From positions 327 to 64,326 of the forward strand of contig JAAEMR010000020.1 in assembly GCA_024225395.1 (NCBI GenBank): 64,000 nt of DNA, given 5' to 3'. How positions within the stretch are numbered: position 1 is the stretch's first letter; each line of letters starts with the position of its first letter. Below are positions 30,046-39,342 of this stretch, piece by piece. The notes below the pieces were generated by a model. The model did no database searches, was not told where the DNA came from, and saw only the letters and a program-made list of their open reading frames with translations. Source of the DNA: Gammaproteobacteria bacterium. GTDB lineage: Bacteria; Pseudomonadota; Gammaproteobacteria; GCA-001735895. A program made the translations under genes and the position numbers.

Positions 30046-32283
30046 CTAACGTCTGCTCGACTCTTCCTTCAAGTTATCTAACAATAAAAATAACTCATCA
30101 CTAGCCTGCTCCATTTTCTGGTAATTATTTATAATATCAGCTTCATTTTCCAACCGTTGGTCAGCATCAACAATAAATTTTTTATTCGCTTCAACGACGC
30201 CATGAACCTTACTGTGCGGGAGACTGATTTTAGGATAACTCACAAGTCCTGAAAACTTTTCTTTGGCCGTTGTGCCATACCACTTACCCAGTCTGCAATT
30301 TTTATGATCAGCAAACTGTACACTGGCATCAGCATCAATCATTGAGTTATAGGCATTTGATTTGAAAATAACATGATCTATTTTAGCTAATACTATAAAC
30401 GACTGATCGCCCATATCTTCAACCAGAATTGACATATCTTTGGTATCCGAACTTAAATGCCCCATTGTTTCTTTAAAATTTTCAACCGAAGCTGAAACAG
30501 CATTTGCCAGCTCTGTCATCACAGCTGACTTTTCTACAATTGATGATGTCTCTTTTCTCATATCACCGATAGAGGCAGCAATTTCATCGGTAGCCTTTTG
30601 GGTATGTTCAGCCAGGTTTCTCACTTCATCAGCAACTACCGAAAAGCCTCTACCATGTTCACCTGCCCGGGCAGCTTCAATGGCAGCGTTAAGTGCCAGA
30701 AGGTTTGTCTGTTCAGCAATCGTTTTAATTAAATCGACCACAGAGGTAATATCATTACTTCTTTCATCCAGCCCCTCAATAGTCACATTCGAATCATTGA
30801 TGTTAACGACAAGAGCTTGCAGCTTGGACAGAATCTCGTCGACAACAACAAGACTTTCTTCTGATTGAGCGCTGGTTTTGTCGGTTGTCTTCAGCACATC
30901 AGCCAGATCACCCACCAGGGCGGAAATCTCACTTTGAATAAATGAAATACTAGCGCCAATGTTATTAATTTTACGTAACTCGGCAGTAAAGCGGATTAAC
31001 TCCTGTTTATCATGCGCGTCCTTCATAGCATTAATCCCAGACTGGACACTTTGAATCGCCATGGCAAATTCCCCAGAGAATCCCTCATCCTTTAGTTCAC
31101 AGGAATCAAAATCACCTTTAGCGGCAAAATGAATCGAGGTAGTTATTTGCGCGGTTAAATCTTGCATGATAGTCACCAGTGATTGAAACTGAAGAGCAAT
31201 TTGATCCATTTCATTGTTGCTATTTTTTCTCATACTATATTGTGCCGAGAGATCACCATTTTTTACTCTTTCAAGCAAGGCTTTGATATCTTGAATTTTA
31301 CTCATAATCACCGAATTAATACCCCGGCTTAGTAAAAATGTCACCAGCAAGGCAACAATAGAAACTAAGAAGACCAGAATAAGTATCCAAAATGAAGTGG
31401 TCTTTATTTCCTGTGCAGCCTCTTTCGTCGACCGGGTGATAACATCTTCCATTTTTTTGAGTTTATTTATTTTTTGAGTAATCGTTTTAAACCAGTAACC
31501 AGGATCTGTCTCAAAATCTTTTTGTTTGCTAAGTGCAAGCCCTCTCATCCGCTCAACTTCGGCAAAAGAATTGTCATTTTTTATGGTTGAATAGGTGCGT
31601 TTAAACTGTTCATTTGCACTGTATTCAAACAGGTTGAATAAAGCATTTTGCTGGGCCATTACCGATAAAAACTTTGAATTTAAAAAAGGAGTAAATTCAT
31701 CGCGGGCAAATGTAGCTGAAAGAATAGCTCGCTCAATACCGGCTCTTTCTTTAGCACTGATAAAAAGCACCAGGCTATTGAGCATATTGCGTATTTGATG
31801 ATCCCGAGAAAGTGTAGAAAATTCGGTAATCATATCAAGAATAGACTTATTTAAAGCCGTGTAATATCCAACAGCGGCCTTTGTATCAACAGATTGATTA
31901 TCAACACTGGAACGCATTGAGAGCATCCTTGAGAAATCAATATTTTTAGAAGCTGATTGAGTAAATGGATTATTCACCGAATTAAGGTGCTTTTTTAAAA
32001 GCGAAACCCTTTCATCTGTTAACAGGCGTTGCTGAGGTAATTTTTCAGTGAATTTCTGACCTTTAGAACCTAAATAACCCGCACTCGCGCCTCTTTCTTT
32101 TTGTAACTCATGCAACACATTACTCAGGTATACCGATAACTCAACAACATCAATAGACCTTTTCGAACTATCGTATTGATTAAGCTCATAAGTTGATAGT
32201 TTAATCGCATAGGCAAAAATAAGTGCCATCGACACAATATTTAGAATGACTAGCTTGGCGTGAATAGAATAGTGTTTTAACAT
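30046..32283 (-). CDS. Methyl-accepting chemotaxis protein with N-terminal NIT (nitrate/nitrite-sensing type) domain and C-terminal CZB zinc-binding domain
   Basis: 745 aa. The NIT hallmark is [22 protein letters not shown]...RLLTD. HAMP domain follows. The MCP signalling core is [34 protein letters not shown]. The CZB motif is IDHVIFK...[10 protein letters not shown]...HSKVH. Confidence 0.9.
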   Translation of the reverse strand: MLKHYSIHAKLVILNIVSMALIFAYAIKLSTYELNQYDSSKRSIDVVELSVYLSNVLHELQKERGASAGYLGSKGQKFTEKLPQQRLLTDERVSLLKKHLNSVNNPFTQSASKNIDFSRMLSMRSSVDNQSVDTKAAVGYYTALNKSILDMITEFSTLSRDHQIRNMLNSLVLFISAKERAGIERAILSATFARDEFTPFLNSKFLSVMAQQNALFNLFEYSANEQFKRTYSTIKNDNSFAEVERMRGLALSKQKDFETDPGYWFKTITQKINKLKKMEDVITRSTKEAAQEIKTTSFWILILVFLVSIVALLVTFLLSRGINSVIMSKIQDIKALLERVKNGDLSAQYSMRKNSNNEMDQIALQFQSLVTIMQDLTAQITTSIHFAAKGDFDSCELKDEGFSGEFAMAIQSVQSGINAMKDAHDKQELIRFTAELRKINNIGASISFIQSEISALVGDLADVLKTTDKTSAQSEESLVVVDEILSKLQALVVNINDSNVTIEGLDERSNDITSVVDLIKTIAEQTNLLALNAAIEAARAGEHGRGFSVVADEVRNLAEHTQKATDEIAASIGDMRKETSSIVEKSAVMTELANAVSASVENFKETMGHLSSDTKDMSILVEDMGDQSFIVLAKIDHVIFKSNAYNSMIDADASVQFADHKNCRLGKWYGTTAKEKFSGLVSYPKISLPHSKVHGVVEANKKFIVDADQRLENEADIINNYQKMEQASDELFLLLDNLKEESSRR

Positions 32284-32383
32284 GAGAGAACTCAGTACAG
32301 GTTAAGGTTATATGAATATAGTACATAATCTATTTCGGCACAGCGTTTCTAAACTTTAACGTTATAGCTATATAGTTCCCGGG

Positions 32384-34021
32384 CTAAAAGGGCGTTTTAG
32401 CTGAAAACTCCATCTTTTCACCCGTTTGCGGGTGTTCAAAGCCGATTTTTTCTGCATGCAGGAATAACCTTTCCGAACGCGAGCCATACAACTCATCTCC
32501 AACAATCGGAGCATCCAGCCCCTGATGATGAGCAGCATGCACCCTTAACTGGTGTGTTCGTCCTGTTAGCGGATAAAAGTAAACACGGCTCGTTCCGGCT
32601 TCAACTGAAATTACTTTTACCCGGGTCACCGCATTCTTTCCATATTCATAACAGACAACCTGCCTTGGGCGATCATCCAGATCTACTCGTAGAGGTAAAT
32701 TCACCCTTTTATCCTGTTTCTCCAGTTTTCCTGATAACAACGCTACATATCGTTTTTTTACACTGCGATTAATAAACTGATGCTGTAAATGTTTATAAAC
32801 CTGCGCATTTTTAGCCGCAAGCAATAACCCCGATGTAGCCATATCCAGACGATGAACCAGTAATGCACCTGATGCCTGAGGATAACGCTGCTGTAACCAG
32901 CTCAAAACAGAATATTGCTGTTGTTTGCCTGGGATTGACAACATGCCAGCGGGTTTATTCAACACCACCAGACTTGCATCTTCATAGATTATTTCCGGCT
33001 CTAACGCCTGAACCAGATCATCCACAGCCACTCTTTCCTGACACACTCCCTGCAACATGAAAGGCAATACAGGATGACACTTTCCCCGGCAGGGAGGGTA
33101 AAAATGAGCATGATGGCGAACTCCTTTTGCAGGGCTTGAGCCCCACCAGAATTCTGCCATTGCCAGTATTTTCAGTTTATTTAAATGTGCAAACTGAATC
33201 AGTTTTGGAGCGGCACAATCTCCGCTTCCTCCGGGTGGTATCTTTCCGCCAAAAAAAGAGAGCAAAGACTTCTGCTCAGCGGATTCATTGACTAATAAAT
33301 AATTTTCAAAAACTTTTTTATGCAATTCCTGTGATAGTGCTTTTCGTTTATCAATGAGCTTATTTATCTCATCTTCAAAGTCACTTTCAAATTTAACCGC
33401 CGCCTTTTGCAGAGTATTCGCCCAGCTCAATTTAGATTGTTTAAATGCACGTTTATCCTGCTGACTAAGAAAAGATAATTCCGCTAAATATTTATTTGTA
33501 TGCTGATCATTTTTCAGTAAAGACCGTTTTAACCGGCGCTGTTGTTTATTTACCTTGTTGAGCTTTATTAGTCGCTCTACATCCATTTCCTGATGCCGCT
33601 TGAGTTGTGAAAGTTTTTCAATCGCCTGTAAACGTTCCGCTGCATTTGATAAAAATTCAATTTTTGTAGTTAAACGGGTTACCTCAATTTCACCTGCATC
33701 TAAAAATAGCTGCTGTCGCTTAACATTGAATACAGGGGGAACAAAACCGGGTACTATCCATTGCTTATTTAGCATGCCTGAAAAACTGGATAAATAACCG
33801 ATCCTGCCATCGTTATCTTCAACCACTAACACACCAAACATTTTTCCATTGTGCCGGTCGAATAAATGAGTCGATAAGAAGGGGTTATCAGTCAACTGCT
33901 GTTGTAATTCTTTGCCTGCTTTAATAGCCAGCGGGTGAGGATCATTGTCAAACGGGTTGCGGCATGACCGTGGAATCTCCGAAGGCAGGGGTTGTTCGAA
34001 GAAGTATTGAATAGTGCTCAC
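32384..34021 (-). CDS. RluA-family pseudouridine synthase with a 330-aa N-terminal extension
   Basis: 545 aa. The C-terminal half has HRLDMATSGLLLAAKN and THQLRVH. The N-terminal half has GKMFGVLVV, a long coiled-coil insert, and a Cys/His cluster GDCAAPK...HHAHFYPPCRGKC. Confidence 0.85.
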   Translation of the reverse strand: MSTIQYFFEQPLPSEIPRSCRNPFDNDPHPLAIKAGKELQQQLTDNPFLSTHLFDRHNGKMFGVLVVEDNDGRIGYLSSFSGMLNKQWIVPGFVPPVFNVKRQQLFLDAGEIEVTRLTTKIEFLSNAAERLQAIEKLSQLKRHQEMDVERLIKLNKVNKQQRRLKRSLLKNDQHTNKYLAELSFLSQQDKRAFKQSKLSWANTLQKAAVKFESDFEDEINKLIDKRKALSQELHKKVFENYLLVNESAEQKSLLSFFGGKIPPGGSGDCAAPKLIQFAHLNKLKILAMAEFWWGSSPAKGVRHHAHFYPPCRGKCHPVLPFMLQGVCQERVAVDDLVQALEPEIIYEDASLVVLNKPAGMLSIPGKQQQYSVLSWLQQRYPQASGALLVHRLDMATSGLLLAAKNAQVYKHLQHQFINRSVKKRYVALLSGKLEKQDKRVNLPLRVDLDDRPRQVVCYEYGKNAVTRVKVISVEAGTSRVYFYPLTGRTHQLRVHAAHHQGLDAPIVGDELYGSRSERLFLHAEKIGFEHPQTGEKMEFSAKTPF

Positions 34022-34173
34022 TTAAAAGTCTGGAGGTACTTTACAGGGTAATCAGTAAGCAGACATTCTATCATCATACAACCGCAAACAGGTTGATTTA
34101 TAAGCATAAATCTTATTAAACTAAATTTAAATTTTCATGTCGAAACATTATTGTATTTCACTGTGACAGCACC

Positions 34174-34734
34174 ATGACTCGTCTATTTATTTCTCTAGCC
34201 ATCAGCTTTCTTATTTCCGGCTGCCAGACGTTGAGTGAACCCGTTGACTTTAGCCATCCCAAAAGCAAACCTCCTGTAGGTACAATAGTACAGCTAAATG
34301 AAAAATTAACATTTCAAACGGGCACGAGTCGATCCTATATTCAGCACGGAAAGTCCAAAGAATTTAAAGGCATAGAAGATCGCGAACCCTGGTGCATGTT
34401 TTATAGGTACGAACCCCGAGCAGCCTTAAAAAGTGAACGTTCAGTTGAGCCTGATAATTTCACAGTTACCAGCTCATTACAGCGCGCAGAAATGGTTTCA
34501 GCTAAACCATTTTTTATTTCAACATTTAATATGATTCTTCCTGCGATGCTCGAAAGCGATAACAGCAACTCTGCAACTTTAACCACTACCATGAAAATAA
34601 AGTCTGACAAGCAACCTGAAGTTGTAGAATTAAGATGCGGGGTATTTAATGAGTCCTTTTCTGAAAATTATGTTTCTGTAAATAAAATTTTAGAAACACT
34701 GGGAAATATTGTAACCTTAAAATTTCCACAATAA
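34174..34734 (+). CDS. Lipoprotein of unknown function
   Basis: 186 aa. Lipobox FLISGCQ after a hydrophobic leader. Confidence 0.6.
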   Translation: MTRLFISLAISFLISGCQTLSEPVDFSHPKSKPPVGTIVQLNEKLTFQTGTSRSYIQHGKSKEFKGIEDREPWCMFYRYEPRAALKSERSVEPDNFTVTSSLQRAEMVSAKPFFISTFNMILPAMLESDNSNSATLTTTMKIKSDKQPEVVELRCGVFNESFSENYVSVNKILETLGNIVTLKFPQ

Positions 34735-34914
34735 ATATTGCTCTATATAGCATTTAGAGCACAAAGATAGGCATGAAAAGTACACTTGTCTTTGCGTATC
34801 CTAATACATATTGGTGCTCACTCAACAATACTATTCGCCCTTTTTTTTAAAAGTGACTTTCAAACACTGTTTAATCGTATAATACGTTTCTTAATTCCTT
34901 TAACTGTCGTATAC

Positions 34915-36192
34915 ATGAGCGTTTCGCCATCACCTTTTACAGATCAGCCATTCTTTTTATTGCTCTGTCCGTCAATTAAACTATTCCTTACAGAACAGGC
35001 AAAGTTGTTACGCTTTTCTGTTCAGGATTGTCGACAAAGCTGTGAAATTGCTCTGGATTTGCAAATGTGGGGAAATGACTCCATTGAAGATATCTGGCCA
35101 GATATGAGCCAGCTGAATGTGTCCGGCAAAGCTCGGAAACAGCAGGTCATGAACCAACTGAAATCAACCTGGGAAAACCTTAAATCCGAACAAAATTACT
35201 ACCCGGATAATAGCTCTGCACCCAAAATAAGTGCAGCAGCCATTCCGCAGGCAATACAGAAAGAATCTCTGGGGTTAGGTCGCTGCCCTGTCGCTTCACC
35301 TAGAACATTATGTTGCAACCTGCAAACGCTGGATGCCGTCGATAACTGTGGTTATGGCTGCAGTTACTGCAGCATTCAATCTTTTTTTGATGGCAAACAA
35401 ATCAACTTTGACAAAGGTTTTGCTGACAAGCTCAAAAATCTCAAGCTTGATCCAGATAAAATCTACCACATTGGAACAGGTCAATCTTCTGATTCACTGA
35501 TGTGGGGAAATAGTCATGGTGTGCTGGATGCCGTGATTGATTTTGCCCACGCCAATCCAAATGTCATTCTTGAACTGAAAACCAAGTCGGCTAATGTCAG
35601 TCATCTGGTTCGCTCCGATACACCCAAAAATATTCTTTGCACCTGGTCACTCAGCACACCCACACTGATTCGCCATGAAGAACATGGTACGGCTTCTCTT
35701 GAGAAGCGTCTGGCAGCTGCCCGACAGGTTGCCGATGCGGGGTTTATTGTAGGCTTTCATTTTCACCCAATCATTCATTATGATCACTGGTCAGAAGATT
35801 ACCAGGCCGTGGTAAAACAGCTTACCTCTCAGTTTGGAACCAGCGAAGTTGCCTTAATCTCACTGGGCACATTAACTTATATAAAGTCAGTCATGCGTGA
35901 AATACGCAAAAAGGCAATTCCCAGCCAGATACTGAAAATGCCCCTGGTCGATGCCGATGGCAAGTTGTCTTATCCCGATGATATTAAACTGTCGATGTTT
36001 AAAACGGTGTACAACAGTTTTCCTGAAAGCTGGAAAGAGCAGGTTTTTTATTATCTGTGCATGGAAAACCAACGTTTCTGGAAACCTGTTTTTGGTTATG
36101 AACATGTTTCAAACGATGAATTTGAGATGGTAATGAAGAGTTCATACCTGGCAAAAATCAATTCAGCCATTAAACAAAGCCGGGGAAACTGA
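34915..36192 (+). CDS. Radical SAM enzyme (CxxxCxxC), possibly of the spore-photoproduct-lyase / DNA-photolyase-like group; start uncertain
   Basis: NCGYGCSYCSIQSFF cluster motif, an upstream CCNLQTLD, and IGTGQSSDSL and LELKTKSANV segments. The track start 34786 precedes a TGACTT-18 nt-TATAAT promoter-like pair at 34854-34883, so ATG 34915 (or 35065) is preferred. Confidence 0.65.
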   Translation: MSVSPSPFTDQPFFLLLCPSIKLFLTEQAKLLRFSVQDCRQSCEIALDLQMWGNDSIEDIWPDMSQLNVSGKARKQQVMNQLKSTWENLKSEQNYYPDNSSAPKISAAAIPQAIQKESLGLGRCPVASPRTLCCNLQTLDAVDNCGYGCSYCSIQSFFDGKQINFDKGFADKLKNLKLDPDKIYHIGTGQSSDSLMWGNSHGVLDAVIDFAHANPNVILELKTKSANVSHLVRSDTPKNILCTWSLSTPTLIRHEEHGTASLEKRLAAARQVADAGFIVGFHFHPIIHYDHWSEDYQAVVKQLTSQFGTSEVALISLGTLTYIKSVMREIRKKAIPSQILKMPLVDADGKLSYPDDIKLSMFKTVYNSFPESWKEQVFYYLCMENQRFWKPVFGYEHVSNDEFEMVMKSSYLAKINSAIKQSRGN

Positions 36193-36242
36193 TCAATGTT
36201 ATTTGAGTTTCACTTGAACCGTTTTATATTGCTAAACATCTT

Positions 36243-37091
36243 ATGAACGATAAAACGACATTTATCAAGGCTTTACGCCCCTTTTCGTTAATTGTTGCCA
36301 TTGCCACCTGTGGCCTGGGCGTCAGTCTCGCTCTGGTGGAAAATTCACAGAATACCTTATTGGCCAGCCTGGTGATTTTTACCGGTGTACTGTTGCAGAT
36401 CGCAGTAAACCTGATAAATGATCACCGGGATCTTACCAGTCATCAATTTACACATGCTCAACAGTTAGCCATTAAACGAAATACCCGAATTGGCTGGACA
36501 GTCATGTTGCTAGCCATCGCCATCGGTTTCTATATGGTCAGCATCAGGGGATGGCCACTATTATTGCTTGGCATGTTCGGAGTTTTTGGTGCCTGGGGTT
36601 ATACCGGCGGTCAGATCAATTATAAAGAGCGTGGTCTCGGCATATTATTTGTCTTTTTGTTCATGGGTGTTCTGCTTATCGGTGGCTCTTATTATGTTGT
36701 GTCCGGAGACTATCACTGGAATATTTTCTGGCTATCACTGCCTTTTAGCCTGCTGTCATCACTGTTATTACTCAGTAATGAACTGCGGGATTATGAAGAT
36801 GACCTGGCGGCCGGCATTAAAACCCTGTGTGTTCGACAGGGATATAAACTGGGCGTCAAGCTGTATTACTGGATCGTCGCTCTGGTTTACCTGGTGAGCG
36901 TATTGTTGTATCAGGCTGAAATTTTACCCGGCCTGATTTTACTGCTGGTCACCATCGTGGTGCTGTGGCAGCCATTTAAACTGCTAAATGCCCCAAAAAA
37001 ACAACGTATTTACCTAACCCCTTTAACAGGACGATTCTATTTTATATATAGTGCCGCCTACCTTGCCACCATCTGGATACCTCAATTATGA
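36243..37091 (+). CDS. UbiA-superfamily prenyltransferase, MenA-like (1,4-dihydroxy-2-naphthoate prenyltransferase type)
   Basis: 282 aa with about 8 transmembrane helices. LLQIAVNLINDHRD parallels MenA LLQILSNLANDYGD. The second Asp-rich motif is NELRDYEDDLAAGIKTLCVRQG. Confidence 0.75.
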   Translation: MNDKTTFIKALRPFSLIVAIATCGLGVSLALVENSQNTLLASLVIFTGVLLQIAVNLINDHRDLTSHQFTHAQQLAIKRNTRIGWTVMLLAIAIGFYMVSIRGWPLLLLGMFGVFGAWGYTGGQINYKERGLGILFVFLFMGVLLIGGSYYVVSGDYHWNIFWLSLPFSLLSSLLLLSNELRDYEDDLAAGIKTLCVRQGYKLGVKLYYWIVALVYLVSVLLYQAEILPGLILLLVTIVVLWQPFKLLNAPKKQRIYLTPLTGRFYFIYSAAYLATIWIPQL

Positions 37092-37957
37092 ATCAGGACC
37101 TGGTTCTCGCTATCGCCCTGCCGGTTACTCTTTTTTTCATCATGTTCAGTATGGGCGCAAGCCTGACGCTGGCTAATTTTAAAACGGTCATACAAACCCC
37201 CGGAACTGTTATAACCGGACTGGTATCTCAAATGCTATTGCTACCAATATTGGCTTTTTTTTTGCTTTACCCGTTCAATTTACCCGCAGAAATATTTGCC
37301 GGTTTCATTATTCTTGCGCTAAGCCCGGGCGGCACAACTTCTAATATGTTTTCTTACCTGGCAGGTGGAAACCTGGCTTTATCCATTTCTTTAACCGCTA
37401 TAGTCAGTATTTTAACGCCATTTACCATCCCGTTAATTGCCGGTTGGATACTGGTTTCACAGCTTGATGCAGCAACTGCCATCAAGCTGCCTTTCCTGTT
37501 AACCGTGGTTAAACTATCCGTGGTAACCCTGGTTCCTGTTGTACTTGGCATGTTGTTACGCCACTTTAAAACAGCATTGTGTAACCAGCATGAATTTTGG
37601 ATGACACGAATTCCATTAATCATGTTATTGCTGGTCATCGCCGGTATCATCCACCAAAACTGGACAATGATGCCTTTCTTTATCGATCAGACAGGTTTTC
37701 CCGCTTTATTGCTGGCCACACTAGCGATTGCTGTTGGATATATTTTTGCGCGCAGCATGAAACAAAACAAAGCTGACTCCAGAACCATTGCCATCGAAAC
37801 CTCTATACAGAATGGTGGCACAGCTATTCTGGTCACCGGAACCATCTTACAAAATTCTGCCATGACCATTGCCCCGGTCATGTACGGCATTTTAATGCTT
37901 ATTCCTGTTTTCATTTACCTGTTCTGGGTTAATCGTTCTAAACAGGTACTCGCATAA
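37088..37957 (+). CDS. Bile acid:sodium symporter (BASS) family transporter
   Basis: 289 aa, polytopic. ALSPGGTTSNMFSYLAGGNLALSIS signature. ATGA overlap with the preceding gene. Confidence 0.8.
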   Translation: MNQDLVLAIALPVTLFFIMFSMGASLTLANFKTVIQTPGTVITGLVSQMLLLPILAFFLLYPFNLPAEIFAGFIILALSPGGTTSNMFSYLAGGNLALSISLTAIVSILTPFTIPLIAGWILVSQLDAATAIKLPFLLTVVKLSVVTLVPVVLGMLLRHFKTALCNQHEFWMTRIPLIMLLLVIAGIIHQNWTMMPFFIDQTGFPALLLATLAIAVGYIFARSMKQNKADSRTIAIETSIQNGGTAILVTGTILQNSAMTIAPVMYGILMLIPVFIYLFWVNRSKQVLA

Positions 37958-38683
37958 ATGACTCATCGGTTATCAAAAACTTTCGGTAAAAGCAGAGTCA
38001 CCACCGAACAACGTGAAGAACTTGTTCGCGGCATCTTTAATCGCGTGGCTGGACGCTACGACCTGATGAATGACTTGATGAGCATGGGCATTCATCGAGT
38101 ATGGAAACATCGTTTTTGCAAAGAGGTGAACAAGACACCAGGACATGTGTTTGTTGATCTGGCAGGAGGTACTGGTGATATCGCCAGCGCTATGATTAAT
38201 GACCAGAGAGAAGTGATCATTATCGACCCTTCCGTCGAGATGATGAGGGTTGCTGAAAAACACCTGGGTCAAACATGTCGTTATTTAGCGGCTTCGGCTG
38301 AAGACATTCCATTACCGGATAACAGCGTTGATGTACTGACTATATCCTTCGGTATTAGAAATGCCACAGATATTTCAAAATCTCTACAGGAGATAGCTCG
38401 TGTGCTTAAACCCGGCGGTCATTTTTATTGCCTTGAGTTCAGTACCCCTTATGCATGGCTTGCTCCTTTTTACAATGCCTGGTCACGCATTGTCATTCCA
38501 CGTCTTGGCGCATTAGTCGCAGGGCATCCGGATGCCTATACTTACCTGATTGAATCTATTCGTGAATTCCCGGCTCAACAGGAAATGGCTGAAATGATCT
38601 CATCGGCCGGCTTGATCAGCGTTTCCTACAGTAACCTTTCTTTTGGAATAGCCTGTATTCACCGGGGAGTAAAAGCACAATAG
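37958..38683 (+). CDS. Second UbiE/MenG-family quinone C-methyltransferase
   Basis: 241 aa. [42 protein letters not shown]. Starts the base after the BASS stop codon. Confidence 0.85.
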   Translation: MTHRLSKTFGKSRVTTEQREELVRGIFNRVAGRYDLMNDLMSMGIHRVWKHRFCKEVNKTPGHVFVDLAGGTGDIASAMINDQREVIIIDPSVEMMRVAEKHLGQTCRYLAASAEDIPLPDNSVDVLTISFGIRNATDISKSLQEIARVLKPGGHFYCLEFSTPYAWLAPFYNAWSRIVIPRLGALVAGHPDAYTYLIESIREFPAQQEMAEMISSAGLISVSYSNLSFGIACIHRGVKAQ

Positions 38684-38791
38684 CGTTCAAATTGTGAACC
38701 AGGCAACGCAACTTGTGTAACTTAGTCACATAACTTTTTACAATCCTCTATTATACTTTGCTTATATAGTAATTTTTACTGGAGATTAGAA

Positions 38792-39031
38792 GTGATTAAA
38801 TCAGCCTGTTTTCTAATGAAGAAAGCCGCGGCTTCATCTGTATTCCTGATTGTTGCGGGAACCCTGTTGGTATTAATATCCCAGTTTATAAACCTGACTA
38901 CGGTTGTCCCTGCCATATTTTCATACGTTGGATTTATTTTAATTGTTGCCGGTTTACTGATTATGCTTATAACGACGGTGGCTATTTTACTGCCCAGGAT
39001 CAGCAGACAGCTGGAGCAGTGTCAGCACTAA
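38792..39031 (+). CDS. Small two-helix membrane protein ending RQLEQCQH
   Basis: 79 aa. GGAG lies 8 nt before the GTG start. Has a diverged inverted paralog 50 bp downstream. Confidence 0.5.
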   Translation: MIKSACFLMKKAAASSVFLIVAGTLLVLISQFINLTTVVPAIFSYVGFILIVAGLLIMLITTVAILLPRISRQLEQCQH

Positions 39032-39081
39032 ACTTAAGACCTAACAATTGTCGGCCTGTTGCTCTGCTGAACACTCCAGAT

Positions 39082-39300
39082 CTAGTGCTCACATCGATCC
39101 ATTTTCTGTTTAGATTTTAGTAACACCGATATCAGGAATGTAGATAGCAGTATAGTGGGGGACGGCAATAACAAAATGAACCCGAAAAACATCACGATAT
39201 GCGGTAAATTTCATATTTGAGGCAATATATGCATAGCGACCATGATAAGCATAACGCCTGCGATAAAAAAGATTAGCGAGGCAACAACGCCTTCGCGCAT
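39082..39300 (-). pseudogene. Inverted paralog of the 38792-39031 small membrane protein, interrupted by an in-frame TGA (39211-39213)
   Basis: Manual translation MREGVVASLIFFIAGVMLIMVAMHILPQI*NLPHIVMFFGFILLLPSPTILLSTFLISVLLKSKQKMDRCEH. It aligns with the plus-strand copy (FIAG/IVAG, QI*NL/QFINL, GFIL, C-terminal RCEH/QCQH). Confidence 0.5.
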
Positions 39301-39342
39301 AGTTTGACAACCCAAAGTTAATAACATGTTGTTTTCATTATA

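Noticed and set aside
30440-30868. 142-aa Ser/Ala-rich ORF antisense to the chemoreceptor signalling domain. Similar antisense or alternate-frame ORFs lie at 6657-6980, 20916-21575, 26893-27252, 29049-29420, 36568-36897, 40759-41133 and 44668-45060.
   Set aside because: All are nested in or opposite much longer ORFs with strong family motifs. These are typical shadow ORFs.
39211-39213. In-frame TGA in the small membrane gene read as selenocysteine
   Set aside because: There is no Cys or Sec homology at that position in the paralog (it aligns with Ile). I saw no SECIS-like stem immediately downstream, and no redox motif is present. A nonsense mutation is the simpler reading.
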